A stretch of DNA of 64,000 nucleotides, taken from NCBI RefSeq assembly GCF_011745625.1, contig NW_027191468.1, forward strand, positions 434,001 to 498,000. Reading direction: 5' to 3'. Below are positions 1 through 12,034 of the stretch, in pieces (positions within the stretch are counted from its first letter, which is position 1; the number at the start of each line of letters is the position of its first letter). Source of the DNA: Cladosporium halotolerans. Its lineage: Eukaryota. A program made the position numbers and the translations under genes. Below the pieces are notes generated by a model. That model was given only the letters and a program-made list of their open reading frames with translations, made no database searches and had not been told where the DNA came from.

Positions 1-1546
1 AGTGTTCGAAACCGATACCCTGGCGCCGCTGTCAATGGCACTGGTGGGCGCATGGAGAGAGAGATGAATAGCTTTTTGTATGGAGGTTGGCGGACCGTCG
101 TTTTGTAATGATCCCTCACTGAGCCCAACGCTCTTCCAAATGCTATCATCTGTTCTTCAGAAGAACGTGAAGTTTCTGGGAAGTGGTCCGAATCGTATTG
201 CTGCCGCATGTCCCCTTGCGAGGCTTCGTGTCTTGCTAGTAGGATGGAGTAATTTGTCATATTACCATACCTCATGCTTCAGTGTCAGATCATTGGGAAC
301 CCATGATATTCTACTGTGCATCGACAAGGACATCTCTACTGTCGTAACATGCCATGGAGGGGGCCTTCTGGCATGACTGAACGCTGTGGACGTACCAGAA
401 ACCGGCAAGGCTGGCAATCGAGCGGCCGTGTACATGTGGACTAGAGTATGACCCCTTCAAATGGTGCATGAGGACGCGTGCATTGCAGTTGTTGCGGTTG
501 TGGAATTATCGAACACGCAGCCGTGCTACGATGTTGATCTCACAAACAGGAGATATGCACGAGGGCGTAGCGTGCCTTGCAGGAGACCTGGGAGATACAA
601 TATCAAGGCAACATTTCACTCTGTCGAGTTGCCTTATGAAAAAAATCGGGCGTGGCAAGTGGCAAGACAGCTGTAACATTCAGCCGTGCGGTGCGACCAC
701 AGCTGAAGGCGCCAAGGCTGATGGGGGGACATCTTCACTCCGCGCTCGTACTTCTTTTTTGCCTCTTCTTTGGTCTTAGACATGCTCCTTTTCTGCAACC
801 TGCAGTTTAATCAGCCGAGCGAGTTGCGCAAAGGACCTTGGTGATGTCTGTGAAGCGTACAGTACCCCGCCGTCTTTCAGGCATAGACCTGTTCCAGCCC
901 GGTCACGTCAGCCCTCGTCTGATCGATGTGACTACCCGCGAACCTCAGCTCCATGTTTTCATTGCCTTACATCGCGAGTGACTGGGAGAAACATGCACTA
1001 CTTCTTGGTTGCTCTCAGCGGTCTAATGAGCGTTCTCGACCGTCACCGGTTGACTCTGTGGCAAGGCCATAATGGAAGCCATGACTTTGGCGGCAACCTT
1101 CCATTTCACCGATGGATTACAAAAAAGCTACGATCCCTCCTAAATAGACGAGTTCAAATATCACTGCGGTCACGCCATTTACATTGCTGAGCCATCTCGG
1201 CGATAAAAAGGTCGCGCCAGACCATTGGATGCACTATCTTTGTGACAGGCTACATAAGGTAGCTTGGCTTGCGGCCAATGCGTCTCAGCCTTGCCTATCA
1301 CCTGCCTTGACTAGATCCGCAAGGCTCAGGTAACGTCACACTCCTGCCGCTGAATCTATCTTGGTGCACAAGCAGCTTCTGCAAGACGGGGCTGTGCACT
1401 ACATGTACAGTACGTATGCGAGATTGCTGCAGTCGATCAAAGCAACGGTCGCGCATGTATAAAGTAAGCATGCTTGATCAAAACCTCTTACTTTGCACGC
1501 GTAATCCAGCTCACTGCTACTTACAATCATAAATCAAGCACACGTC

Positions 1547-3674
1547 ATGTTTGGGAAGATCAGCATCCATTGGTTTGGCCCGACCTCCATGCTAGCGGCC
1601 TTCATCACAGGTCTGGCCTTTGCGCTGGGTCATCATGTCTTTAACAACAGCCTCAACGACGAAGAAGTTCCTCAGGGTAACTATACCATATCGAGCTACA
1701 AGTCTGGCATCTCAAAACAGGAATCCTACCTCACAGCGGGAACCGCGTTCGCATTCGCTGTCCGAACTTGTTTGGTCATTGCCATATCTACTGCTTATGT
1801 TCAACTGTTCTGGAGGGCTCTTGCTACACAACTGTGTAACAGATCTTTCACTCTCGAGAATGTTGACAAAGCTTATTCAGCACTTCGCAATGCCACTTTG
1901 CTCGCCAACTTCTCAGGCTGGAGGTCTTTCCCAATGATGTTCGCTATTGCGCTGAAAGCTTGGTATGTTTTTGGTCATTGAAGCATCACGTCGAGACTGA
2001 CTCTTGTCTGGCAGGCTTGTACCGATAGCATCGATTGTTGCGCCTGCGACTCTGCTCGTCGAACAACGTTTGAAAAGTCCTCCACCGACGGATTTTAGGT
2101 ATGTGCCAGTCATCAACTTTGATACTATGGCGTACCACAATAGTACACCCTACGAATACCCCAGCGATCCAAGCATTTTAATTTATCACTACACCTGCCC
2201 AAGTGAAGCACTGCAACGGCTTGCCAGTGCGGCAAGTGCGCAAGGGACCGTCCTACACATCGAACCGCCGCTACCGAACTCAAGCTGGACGATGACCTTC
2301 CCTGGCCCCGCCCTACGTTGCGATCCGTTGTCCGAACCTGAATCGCAGAGTGTTCGAGAAAACGCCGCTGCATTCCTGGAGACCTCTTGGTACCTATCAG
2401 ATTCGATATGGGAGTCATACACCACATGGTACGGAAAACTGCCATACCACAATACGACGGTGTCGGATGCAAGGGATGGATCTCCCAACATATCATACTC
2501 GCTTGTACCAGCACGAAAAGACCAAGACAGGTATCAGGGCTTCCTCGCAGATGACGATCCTTCGTTCCGTGTGGCCGTGTGGCCACTTATTTGGGATGCA
2601 CCACAGACTGCAAACTTCAATGGTGAGGGCGTTTCAGGGTCTCATTTGACTTCAAAGTCCACAACGCTACAATGTGGACTGGTCAACTCGACCTACTACA
2701 CGACATTCAGTTACATCAACGGTAACCAAAAGGTCGACGTCTCGGTACCGAGAGACCAGGACGAAAACTTAGAACACCCATATGGGTATTTCCAAGGGCC
2801 ATCCAACGCCAGCTGTCCGGGGCTCCATCGAGGCTTCCCCCCCTATAACGAAACTGAGATGGAGCATATATGCGACTTTGAGCCGGGGACTAGTCGACGG
2901 CTAGCTTACGCAGCCATGACGGACGCATTTTTCGATTTGCTGCACGAAGACAACGTCGTAGCCACTCCTCTGGTGCAGACTCAAGAGCTGAGCTTTATGT
3001 CTGATCACGATCTCGCGATCCGCAACTCGTCAGTGCAGAACGCCCTGATTAGATCAGGACATGCGAGCGTGGCTGGTCTTATCGAGCCTATAGTGGCTGA
3101 AGACCGAATATCGCTCGCTCGTGGTTTGGAGCAGATGTTCGCCGATATCACGGTCAGCCTTATGAGCTCTCCATATTTCCAGTAAGGTCATATGCCGGAA
3201 GGCTTCTCAGGCTCACCAGGCTGACACCCACACAGACCGAACCTTTCGGACCCGGCCAGCTTGCCGATGACAGAAGTGACGCATGAGACGTACCACAACG
3301 TGTACGTCTACAGGTCATCGAGACTCTGGCTTGCCTACGGTCTCGCACTGGCAGGCGCTGCGATCGCAGTGGCATTGGGTTTGCATGCCATCATCATGAG
3401 CGGTCTGTCGTACAGCAACGACTTTTCCACAATCTTACGCGTCAGTCGTCACGCTTGTTTGGACCACGAGGTCGAGCTCTGTGACGCTAGTGGACAAGAT
3501 CCACTTCCTAAGTACCTTGCAAAGACAACTCTCACGATGATCGGAAAGGACGGAGAGGGAGAGACTTCGAGAGCGACGGATCAGAAACCTGCGGCGGCCG
3601 CGAGTTATCAATTGCTACCGCGCGGCGAAGAGCCGCCGAAGGCGGATGGAGGCTCACATGCGTCTAGTTGGTAG
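1547..3674 (+). CDS. Fungal multi-pass membrane protein of unknown function, 3 exons (1547-1962, 2015-3181, 3236-3674)
   Basis: Three ORF-track segments join in frame through GTATGT..CTGAC..CAG and GTAAGG..CTGAC..CAG introns. Hydrophobic helices lie at the N-terminus and near the C-terminus (LWLAYGLALAGAAIAVALGLHAII), with N-glycosylation sequons between. TATAAA at about 1458. Confidence 0.75.
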
Positions 3675-3862
3675 TTGAGGATTCGGGAGATTCAATTGAC
3701 AAGGCTTATGACTGGGTATAGAGGACATGGATCGCAATCCATTTCCGAGTACGTAGTCCGAATACTAAGCTCCAGGCTGTAATTTTCGTAGCAGTAACAA
3801 AGTTCGTTCTCACCAGCAGCCACGCTAAGGTTGACATGGTGTCGCTGGATGTTCGTGTATGC

Positions 3863-4675
3863 TTACAGCCACTGCTTCCACCACGCAGCCTTCTGCTTCT
3901 TCTCACCTGGCAATCTTAGCTCATCAATCTCCTGTTTCGTCACGTTCCGCCACTCCTCAACCGGCAGCCAGCCAATCCTCGCACGATCACCAAAGCCGCC
4001 GAACCAGAACACCTCTTCTACAACAAACCTGACATACTTCGACGAGTGCACATCGTTGCCCGGCTGCCACAGGACGGAATCCGGGTGCTTGCGGACGAAG
4101 CACGCCGCGACGCGCGCGTTGCGGAAGTCCTTCATGTTTAGATCTTCTAGGTGACCGTGGAGACTGAAACGTGGCAGCGCAGCAGGCGTGTGAGGGGTGG
4201 GAATATCTTGGGCATCTGCTCGTTTGTCCTCGAGGAAGGAGTAGGTGTGAGTTTGCGTCGGCCACCAGCGGACGGAGAGTGAAATGTTGCTGCCAGCTTT
4301 GTAGTTTCGGAAGGGCGTAGCGATATCAATAGCGAGAATTGTGGGGTTTCCGTCGTCCTCGCAGTCACCGATGTATTCCATCAGACCGATCGGGCTGCCA
4401 TCTAAGCCTGCCGGAAGTCCCCATAGTGCTTCTACGTCTTGCTCCGCCATGTTGCTCTTCGTATCTTTCTCCGGAAAACTCGTCACAAGTGTGCCTTCAG
4501 ATGCAAGGTGCAGGATCCTTCTCGCCATCACGGCAGATTCATGGATGGATGGGATCTTGTAGTACTGCTCCTCCAGCGGCGGGTTTGAGAACACATGGTG
4601 ACGCTCGGGCGCAAATACAATGGAGAGCGCAGATGTTACGCTCAGAAGTGAGCTAAGTGCCAAAGAGGTACGCAT
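3863..4675 (-). CDS. Secreted CREG-like / pyridoxamine-5'-phosphate-oxidase-like split-barrel protein
   Basis: 270-aa single-exon ORF with a signal peptide (MRTSLALSSLLSVTSALS). Motifs IPSIHESAVMARRIL, PIGLMEY, LPRFSLHG, CFVRKHPDS and FWFGGFGDRARIGW are typical of the fungal CREG family. Confidence 0.8.
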   Translation of the reverse strand: MRTSLALSSLLSVTSALSIVFAPERHHVFSNPPLEEQYYKIPSIHESAVMARRILHLASEGTLVTSFPEKDTKSNMAEQDVEALWGLPAGLDGSPIGLMEYIGDCEDDGNPTILAIDIATPFRNYKAGSNISLSVRWWPTQTHTYSFLEDKRADAQDIPTPHTPAALPRFSLHGHLEDLNMKDFRNARVAACFVRKHPDSVLWQPGNDVHSSKYVRFVVEEVFWFGGFGDRARIGWLPVEEWRNVTKQEIDELRLPGEKKQKAAWWKQWL

Positions 4676-4967
4676 TCTGACCTAGCAGTGCCAGCCTGGG
4701 ATACTGGTGTTGGAGCACGAGCAGGTGATAAGAGGTGAGCTCGTGCATGATACGGCGGAGCTTTGATCTTATCAATCGCAAAGCATGACGCATCATCAGT
4801 CCTCGCTAGCGCGATTCGCGTCACGTGAGCGGCCAGGACTTTACAGCCTCAGGCTCCACACAACCGCTGTCTTGGCAAAAGCGGGCACCAGCGAATTTGG
4901 GCGTTTTGGACTGTCAGCGACGACACCTTCAGTCTCTCCAAGCGACGTCGAATCCATCGCACAACAG

Positions 4968-5101
4968 GTACGTCTCCGCCGCCATCACCGCCGCGCCGCC
5001 AGCACACCAAACCCGCTGCCGCCGCGATCCCGGCGAATTTCGCGCACAAAACCCCGCAAGCCCCGGCAGAAAGACTGACTTCTCTTCTTCCTGCGCTACA
5101 G
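4968..5101 (+). other. Probable 5'-UTR intron of RPS30
   Basis: CAG|GTACGT donor at 4968, ACTGAC branch point, pyrimidine tract and CAG acceptor ending at 5101, 44 nt before the ATG. Confidence 0.7.
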
Positions 5102-5144
5102 ACGACTCCGACGACAAATCTAAAACCCCAGATCAACCGCCAAC

Positions 5145-5496
5145 ATGGGTAAGGTCCACGGCTCGCTCGCGCGTGCCGGTAAGGTCAAGTCGCAGACCCC
5201 CAAGGTACGATAACACCCGCTCCCTCGAAGGGCGGTCCAGCAAAAGCGCTGGCCGTCGCCACCCTCCCGGAAGAGACCAGCACCACATCACACCTTCCCG
5301 CGCCACCATCGCACCATCACAGCCATCTCTGCAGGACACCGGTAGCTAACGTCTTGCGCGCACACAGGTCGAGAAGCAGGAGAAGAAGAAGGTCCCCAAG
5401 GGCCGCGCGAAGAAGCGTGTCACCTACACCCGCCGCTTCGTGAACGTCGTCATGACCGGCGGCAAGCGCAAGATGAACCCCAACCCGACCTCTTAA
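5145..5496 (+). CDS. RPS30: 40S ribosomal protein S30 (eS30), 62 aa; exons 5145-5204 and 5368-5496
   Basis: Spliced translation [62 protein letters not shown]. Intron GTACGA..GCTAAC..CAG. The gene is absent from the ORF track. Confidence 0.97.
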
Positions 5497-5951
5497 GCGA
5501 CCAATTTTCCGATGAAAAGACAAGTTTTGCTGCGCTTGGGAACGATGACGGGATAGACGAGTGGAATGGGAGGTTGCAGTAGCGGAAAAAGGCAAATGGA
5601 ACAAATGCACCTTCACGGCGTTTTATGACCTTTTGCTGTTCTGACACCTGGTTATTTCTTGCAATGTCATGGATACTCTTTCTCATGCGTCCTGGACTGG
5701 AGATTGATGGGAGGCCGGGATGGCCTCTGGAACTCTGGGAGGATGGGGGTTGCGATGGGAACCATCAAGGGCGGAACGGATGCGGTATACTATAACAGGC
5801 ACTGTGTTTGAAACTGTCCTCCCGAAACTTTTCATTCCTGAGCTACGTACTCTGTCATTACGCCATTCCGGCACTTTGCCCCATGTTCGTGTGGCGACCG
5901 TGAAGTCCAGATTCCCCACTTCGCCTGCGAGACGCAGAAAGGAAACCACAA

Positions 5952-8900
5952 TCACTCGTTCTGCACTCTCGCCTGTTCCAAACCCTGATCAACAGACTGC
6001 TCCCCCGACTCCGGATCTGAAATAACACCACCAGAAAGAAATAGTCTCTGCACGAGGCGGTTTGTCCCCTCAGAAACACCTTCCTCGCCGTGAGAGATTA
6101 CGTAGACATTCGAGTTCCCTCCGTCCTCATCATCACTCGGGCTCGCGATCAGAATGCGGTTTCTGCTGTTTTCGACCTGGTACATGCGCATAAGCCTGGC
6201 GAATTGGGTAGTCGAAGATGATGTTTCGGTTGCTGATGCCGTTTGAGTCTCGGTGGGAGAGGTTACGCTCTTACTGCTGACCTTCCTTTTGATGTGACGA
6301 TTGCGAGGGGGACTGGGGACCAGAACGGGCTCGAACTTGGATTTGCTTTGTTCGATCAATTGCTTTCTGCTTTTTGTTTGGTGAGTGGGGGAGATAGGCG
6401 GCGTTGGCTCGCCCATCGTCGTGGATGAATCTTCCGAGTAATCGCCGGGCTGAAGCTCGTTGGATACACCAGGAAGGTTGGATGCACTGCTGGATTCCGT
6501 GACTGATACGTCTTCTTCATCTTCTTCGTTGATGGGACCGTCGTTTCTTGAAAGTCTACGCTGCTTTTTTGATTTGCTTTTCTTTTTCTTTTTCTTCGTG
6601 ATTTTCTTGACAATATCGCTGCTTGAAGGCAAGGTAAGCTGCTGAACGTCTGAGGACCGATAAGTAAACTCGAAGTTATCAAAGAGTGGATCATGGTTTG
6701 CGTCTGATTCGTTGCCTTTGGGTGAGGAATTCTCGGACTGCGTGTCAGGCAAGGCTTCATCTTGGTCTGGTACATCATTCGGTAGAACCTTCGGGCTGGT
6801 CAGCGCATCATCTGGTAGGGTATCGTTCGGTGAAGTCACCTTATCCGACAGTTTCGGGGATGTGATCATACTAGGCAGCAGTCCGAACAAGTTGCCAAAG
6901 GTACGCTTGCTAGGAGAAGATTGCTCGCTCGAGGCGGCTACGTCGCCTTGCTTGCAAGTTGGAGTATCAATGGTCTCGGACTTGTTGGTCGCAATGCTGA
7001 GAGCGGGCTTCTTCCTAGCAGGCGCGGGCATAGTTTTGCCGTTGGATTTCCCGCTGGTATCATCACTGTCGAGCTTTGCCGGGGCATTTGATTCATGCTG
7101 TTTGCCTTTGACGCTTCCCTTGGCCTTGGTCTGTTTCTTCTGCTTCTTCTGCTTTTTTCCGAACATGCTGAACGACTCAGTCTGACTAGGACCCTTTTTG
7201 GCCGCTGGCTTTGGCTGAAAATTAGATTGCGATGCAGAACTTGAGAGCAATGGTGTCTTAGGCGCGGCGGGTGTTGTCGGTGCGGTATGGTACGCAGTCA
7301 TCGGAGTAGGAGGAACGGAGACGCTGGGTGGTACGTTCAACTCAGGAGGCGCTAGCTTGTCGCTCTCATCGGGCTGGTTGTCAGGCTCTGTACCAAGAGG
7401 AGCTTTGTCAGATTTCGACATACCAGGCTTTGAATCGCCGGATTGGTCGTTCTGGATGTTGAGCTTTCGGGACTCGTTTTCCTTGAGACGATCGCTGGAA
7501 GGCCTCTTAGAAGCAGGTGTTGGCGTCTGGATGGAGATTGAAAGGTTGGCCCTCGACGGCTTCTCAGAAGTAGGGGTCTTCATGCTGTTGGGCGTAGGCT
7601 CGCTGCTAGCCTCAGCCTCTCGCACACTCGAACTCCCACCTGGGATCTGTTTGAATTGATCGGGAGAACCGCTGGCAGTGTGAAAACTGTCGTCCACGTG
7701 ATCCGATTCCGAAGCTCTGCCTACGATCACGGGCCGATCGACGTCGGAGGCTGGAGAGAATGATCGTAATCGGTTCACTTCGCTGGAAAGTGGCGAGATG
7801 AGGGCGGCATCGGATTTTGGCGACGCCATTGCATCATTAGTCTGCTTGATAGCGGAGATTGCTGGCTGAGAAGAAGAGACATCAGCTGGTACGGAAGATG
7901 GCTCCGTCGTGAGAGCAAATAGGGGCTCAGCCTGCAATTCCTTGGCGATGGCGGCGCCCTGCGATGATCGAGAACCGTCTGTGGTCGCATACGATGCCTG
8001 AACTACCCATTGATCGGATGGTTTCATGTCGACCTTCGATTCCAAGAAAGGATCATTAGTGGAAGAAAGGGCCGCTTGATGAAAGCTTGAGTTGCGACTC
8101 CCGTGGACGGGGGTATCTTCGCGGGGAAGTGGCTTCAATGGGCCACTCTTAGACAACATATCGTCATGAGCTGCACTCGATGGCGGCGCTTGTGTCTTGT
8201 TCTTGTTCCTCTTCTTGTTGCCTTTCTTCGGAGTGTTTGAATTGGACACGACAGGAGTCGTGTTGACGGATGGCGCCGTGGAAAAGACTCGCTCACCTCT
8301 ATCCGCACGGTTTGATGGTGTAGATGGTGGACCGTCCATGTGCCCAGTAGCCATACCATCGTTATGAGTCTTGTGGCTGATGCTCGGCAAAGGCCGTGCG
8401 CCCGGTTGTGCTGACGTGGAGAAGTCCTGCGGATATCCGCTCGGCCAACGAGTGAAGTTGTTTGTCGAGTCGATGAACCTGGCTGACGTAGCCCGATGGT
8501 GACGGTGGATGTCAGACTGATAGGGCTGTCCTTGTCCTCCTCGCATATTCAAAATATCCCTCGGGACCCTGACGTCGAGCGGCATTCCAAAAAGCTCAAC
8601 TTCTCTGAGATCAAGTACGCGACGAGCGGTATGATGGTTGTTGAAGTAGATGAACGCCAACGTCTTTTCTGGCTCATGAGCTGAGCGAGAATACTTTGGC
8701 GGGATCCTGGGCATAGTGACTCCTTTTACGTGAACGTCGCAAGCACGGGAAAAGGCGTTCCCGATTTCGTCTTCCGTAGCCCCCAGTGGGATTCCGAACA
8801 CGATTAGCTTGGTAGCAAAGGTAGCATCCGCGCCAATGTATCTCTCATCGACTTCATCGTCCAGTGGCATTGCCGCATGAGTCGGTTGGTCGGCGAATGG

Positions 8901-10625
8901 AGGCTGATGCGGCCCTGAGCCATGCCGGCCCTGAAATCCCATCGTGTGTTCGGTAGCACTCATGTATGGGGGAGCTTGTGGACGTCCTGCGCCTCCATTG
9001 AAGCCTTGGACATGGGTATATTGCTCTGGGCCAGAGAGCACACGCCGAGGCAGCGTGTTCTCGACTTGAGGGTGCTCACTGCCACTACGCCATGAGTTCT
9101 CCTGGTAGACGCTGCCGCGCCTCTTCGTGCGGCCGACGGACGACTTCGAGTAATGGTCGTAGAACGGCTTGCGAGTGTTGCATTTATCACCCTGAAGCCT
9201 GGAAACATCATGCATAGACTCACGGCCTCGGCCACCGCGAGGACGGCTTCCACGCATTGGGCCACCAGGGCCTTCCGAAAGGTTTATGTACCGTGCATCA
9301 CCAACCCTTGCAGAGTTGACCATATCGAAGAAAGATGAATAGCCCGACTCATCAAATGGCTGATTGCTAGCACTGGTAAATCTGTGGCTTTCCGGGGGAT
9401 GGTTGATGTGCCTCGCAGTTGATGCATACACATGTGGCACGTAGTTGTAGGGCATGTTATTGGCCGCCATGGGCTGGAACGGCGCACTAATCGCCATGGG
9501 GTGGTCGGCATTTTGCTGCCTTGGAAAGCGCGTGTTGTGGTAAGGAGCAGTCTGAGTCGGCGGTGCGCTCTGCCACGAGTAAGCGGTTGTCCGGGGTATA
9601 TTGTCACCAAAACGTCCTGGAGCCGTCTTTGGAGCCGAAGCGTCTCCCGTGTACGATGATGTACTCATTTCACTCAGTGCGAGGCTCGGGTAAGTGTTTT
9701 CGATGTAGCGAGGCTGGAAAGGTGGCTGCCGCCCGTCGTAGACTGAAGGACGAATGTTACTACCGCCTGAAAATCGCCCGCCTCGCTTGCGTCCGTAAAT
9801 CTGCGGAGGAGGGTTGTCGTAGCTTGGAGTGATGTTGCGGGTCTCACGGTCGCCAGATGGCAGTGCGACAGGTGGCTCCTCATAGACAGGAAATGGTATG
9901 ACCTGAGGGTCTGCCACTGCTGACGTTGACGGAATGCGAGATGAGTGGAAGCTCGATGCTCTGGTAGGACCTTGCTCAAGTTCACGCGGAGGCGCGTTTG
10001 CGGGCGAGTCAACAGATTCTGCCGGAATGCTTTCCACCGCAGGCGCATTCGTCGTTGGGGTTGGTGCATCGCTGCATGAGCTTGGAGCCAGAGGCTTATC
10101 GTTCTCAGCCCGAACCCTGTCTTGGATGCTTTTGACGACACACTCGATAATGTTTCTGCCGTACGCTTGAATGTCACGCGGCTGAAAGAAGGTCTCAGGT
10201 TTGACGTCGTCTTTGCAGAGGAACTCGCGCATCGTCGGGTCCCTCAAAATAGTGAGATTCTCCTCCTGAAGCCACCAATGGGCAGCGATGGCAGGCACGC
10301 GATGCTCATAGTTCCACAAAGCGATGCTGTACCATGCCTGCTTGAGGAAGCGGAAGCCGGCGCCGAGTCCATGCGCGCCACCTTGCATGTGAATGTCGAC
10401 ATCAGTGAAGTACTTGCGCATAAATTCTTCCTCGACCTCCTTGGAGCCGGTTTGGGGAAACTCCCATGGTAGGATGCAACCCCATTTCTGCGGCTCAGTG
10501 TAGTAAAGGTTCGTGCAGAACGGGAGGAGATCGTAAAAGCGGTTACTTGAAGCGATTACGCAATCTGGTAATTGCCACTCCTGGCTCATGGCATCTGCGG
10601 TGTCTGCGACGTTGTCTTCGACCAT
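5952..10625 (-). CDS. Large, mostly low-complexity protein with a central RRM-like domain and Lys-rich NLS-like tracts; start uncertain
   Basis: Uninterrupted ORF of over 1550 codons. First in-frame ATG is at 10625 (the track starts at a TTG at 10715). RRM-like segment KLIVFGIPLGATEDEIGNAF...LAFIYFNNHHTARRVL...LDVRVP. KKKKKKSKSKKQRR tract. Confidence 0.75.
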   Translation of the reverse strand: MVEDNVADTADAMSQEWQLPDCVIASSNRFYDLLPFCTNLYYTEPQKWGCILPWEFPQTGSKEVEEEFMRKYFTDVDIHMQGGAHGLGAGFRFLKQAWYSIALWNYEHRVPAIAAHWWLQEENLTILRDPTMREFLCKDDVKPETFFQPRDIQAYGRNIIECVVKSIQDRVRAENDKPLAPSSCSDAPTPTTNAPAVESIPAESVDSPANAPPRELEQGPTRASSFHSSRIPSTSAVADPQVIPFPVYEEPPVALPSGDRETRNITPSYDNPPPQIYGRKRGGRFSGGSNIRPSVYDGRQPPFQPRYIENTYPSLALSEMSTSSYTGDASAPKTAPGRFGDNIPRTTAYSWQSAPPTQTAPYHNTRFPRQQNADHPMAISAPFQPMAANNMPYNYVPHVYASTARHINHPPESHRFTSASNQPFDESGYSSFFDMVNSARVGDARYINLSEGPGGPMRGSRPRGGRGRESMHDVSRLQGDKCNTRKPFYDHYSKSSVGRTKRRGSVYQENSWRSGSEHPQVENTLPRRVLSGPEQYTHVQGFNGGAGRPQAPPYMSATEHTMGFQGRHGSGPHQPPFADQPTHAAMPLDDEVDERYIGADATFATKLIVFGIPLGATEDEIGNAFSRACDVHVKGVTMPRIPPKYSRSAHEPEKTLAFIYFNNHHTARRVLDLREVELFGMPLDVRVPRDILNMRGGQGQPYQSDIHRHHRATSARFIDSTNNFTRWPSGYPQDFSTSAQPGARPLPSISHKTHNDGMATGHMDGPPSTPSNRADRGERVFSTAPSVNTTPVVSNSNTPKKGNKKRNKNKTQAPPSSAAHDDMLSKSGPLKPLPREDTPVHGSRNSSFHQAALSSTNDPFLESKVDMKPSDQWVVQASYATTDGSRSSQGAAIAKELQAEPLFALTTEPSSVPADVSSSQPAISAIKQTNDAMASPKSDAALISPLSSEVNRLRSFSPASDVDRPVIVGRASESDHVDDSFHTASGSPDQFKQIPGGSSSVREAEASSEPTPNSMKTPTSEKPSRANLSISIQTPTPASKRPSSDRLKENESRKLNIQNDQSGDSKPGMSKSDKAPLGTEPDNQPDESDKLAPPELNVPPSVSVPPTPMTAYHTAPTTPAAPKTPLLSSSASQSNFQPKPAAKKGPSQTESFSMFGKKQKKQKKQTKAKGSVKGKQHESNAPAKLDSDDTSGKSNGKTMPAPARKKPALSIATNKSETIDTPTCKQGDVAASSEQSSPSKRTFGNLFGLLPSMITSPKLSDKVTSPNDTLPDDALTSPKVLPNDVPDQDEALPDTQSENSSPKGNESDANHDPLFDNFEFTYRSSDVQQLTLPSSSDIVKKITKKKKKKSKSKKQRRLSRNDGPINEEDEEDVSVTESSSASNLPGVSNELQPGDYSEDSSTTMGEPTPPISPTHQTKSRKQLIEQSKSKFEPVLVPSPPRNRHIKRKVSSKSVTSPTETQTASATETSSSTTQFARLMRMYQVENSRNRILIASPSDDEDGGNSNVYVISHGEEGVSEGTNRLVQRLFLSGGVISDPESGEQSVDQGLEQARVQNE

Positions 10626-11292
10626 GCTGAAGAGAGCTGGAGAAGAATGATCGTAGAGCGGAAGGTTGTTGTCGGCGTGGTGACAGTAATGTTGCGGGAA
10701 CAATTGCGTGCTCAACGAATGTTTGCTCAGCCACGGGCGAGATGACGCCTCTTGACTGAGCGACGATGTTTCGTGCGAAGTCGTGCTCGGCGATGCGGCG
10801 ATGTATGCTGTCGGGGTTGTGAAAGAGTGTGCGAGTGGATGTCGTGTGTGTTGGTCGAGAATGAAAGTGGCGGCGACTTTGCGCAGGCACGGAAGGTGGC
10901 GGTTGTCACGGGCGAGTGAATGTGGAAGGAGCGACTGCCGCTTTCGGCCATCGAACGGCCTTCACATCATTGCGGTGCTGCCTGAGGAAGTCATTATCTG
11001 GTGTGCAGTGAATTCACTGTCAGTGCTTTCAAAAGCTCACTTGAATTGAGGCGAAGGCAGTGAGCCTTGCGCACGGGTTGCAAGCGGTCTTCGTTTGCCT
11101 CCTCCCTCTCTGCAGACACCCGAAACCAGCGCGTCCGCAGACCAAGACCTCTGGTCTCAGTTTAATCCTCAAATACAGCTTCCCCCAAAATTGCTACCTA
11201 CCTTACGTGCGAAAGTCATTGCGATGCAATTGCATGTTCAATTGGGAGGTATCAACAGTGCTCTATTCGTACATTGGTGCTCTTGTCAAAGC

Positions 11293-12034
11293 TTACACCT
11301 TCTCGGTCTCCTTAGGAAGGGTGCGGATGAGCTTCATGATCTCGCTCTCATTGTCTCCAACAACTGATGTGTCGTCAGCTCAGTGTTCACTCGTTCTCTC
11401 AAGCAAAACGGAAGTAAAATGAGGATTGACGTACCTGCGCGAGCGTTCATCCAGTCAACCGTCACCGGGGCCTTGAAAGAGTTCTCGTTGGCCTTGAACT
11501 TCTTCAGCGCATCGGTGGTGCCTGTGGCGTCTGAGATAACACTGCCAGCCTGTGCGGGACCAAGGTATTCGAGGATGCTGCTCAATTGGTCGGTTGTAGG
11601 AGCGGTCTCTTGGACGTCTGCGCAAGGCTCGCGTCAGCCATACCTCTTCCAAATCCATATATTATCCTGCAACTTCGTATCACCTACCGAGCTCAAACTC
11701 TGTCCTCTCCAGCTTGCTTTGCGAGGCATGGTCGGCTGCCTGGTCCTCTGTAGCGGTCGCGGTAGCGTTTGCTGCCGTCTGTTTCAGGAGCGTGTGCGCG
11801 CGCACAGAAGCCTGGTTCGAGGGCTTGTGGAAGAGAGTGATGACATCCTTCTTGGCGGACTATGAGAGCATTTTTGTTAGCTATGGATGACAAAGGCTCG
11901 CTGTACTGGATGACGTTCGACATTGCGAAGCAGCACAGCTTTCGCGCCGGGTCATTGGGATGAAACCGCAGGTCCGTGACCTGAAGGAAAGATCGAAACC
12001 ATACCTCCTTGAACAGGTTCTTGAAGAAACTCAT
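11293..12034 (-). CDS. FMP46: Fmp46/DUF1687 thioredoxin-like (putative mitochondrial redox) protein; exons 12034-12005, 11859-11688, 11617-11435, 11363-11293
   Basis: Spliced translation MSFFKNLFKE/SAKKDVITLFHKPSNQASVRAHTLLKQTAANATATATEDQAADH...EFELD/VQETAPTTDQLSSILEYLG...PVTVDW...V/VGDNESEIMKLIRTLPKETEKV. All three introns are canonical. Confidence 0.85.

Noticed and set aside
1..1500. Short ORFs at the window start
   Set aside because: No recognisable motifs or transposon signatures. Treated as intergenic/promoter DNA.
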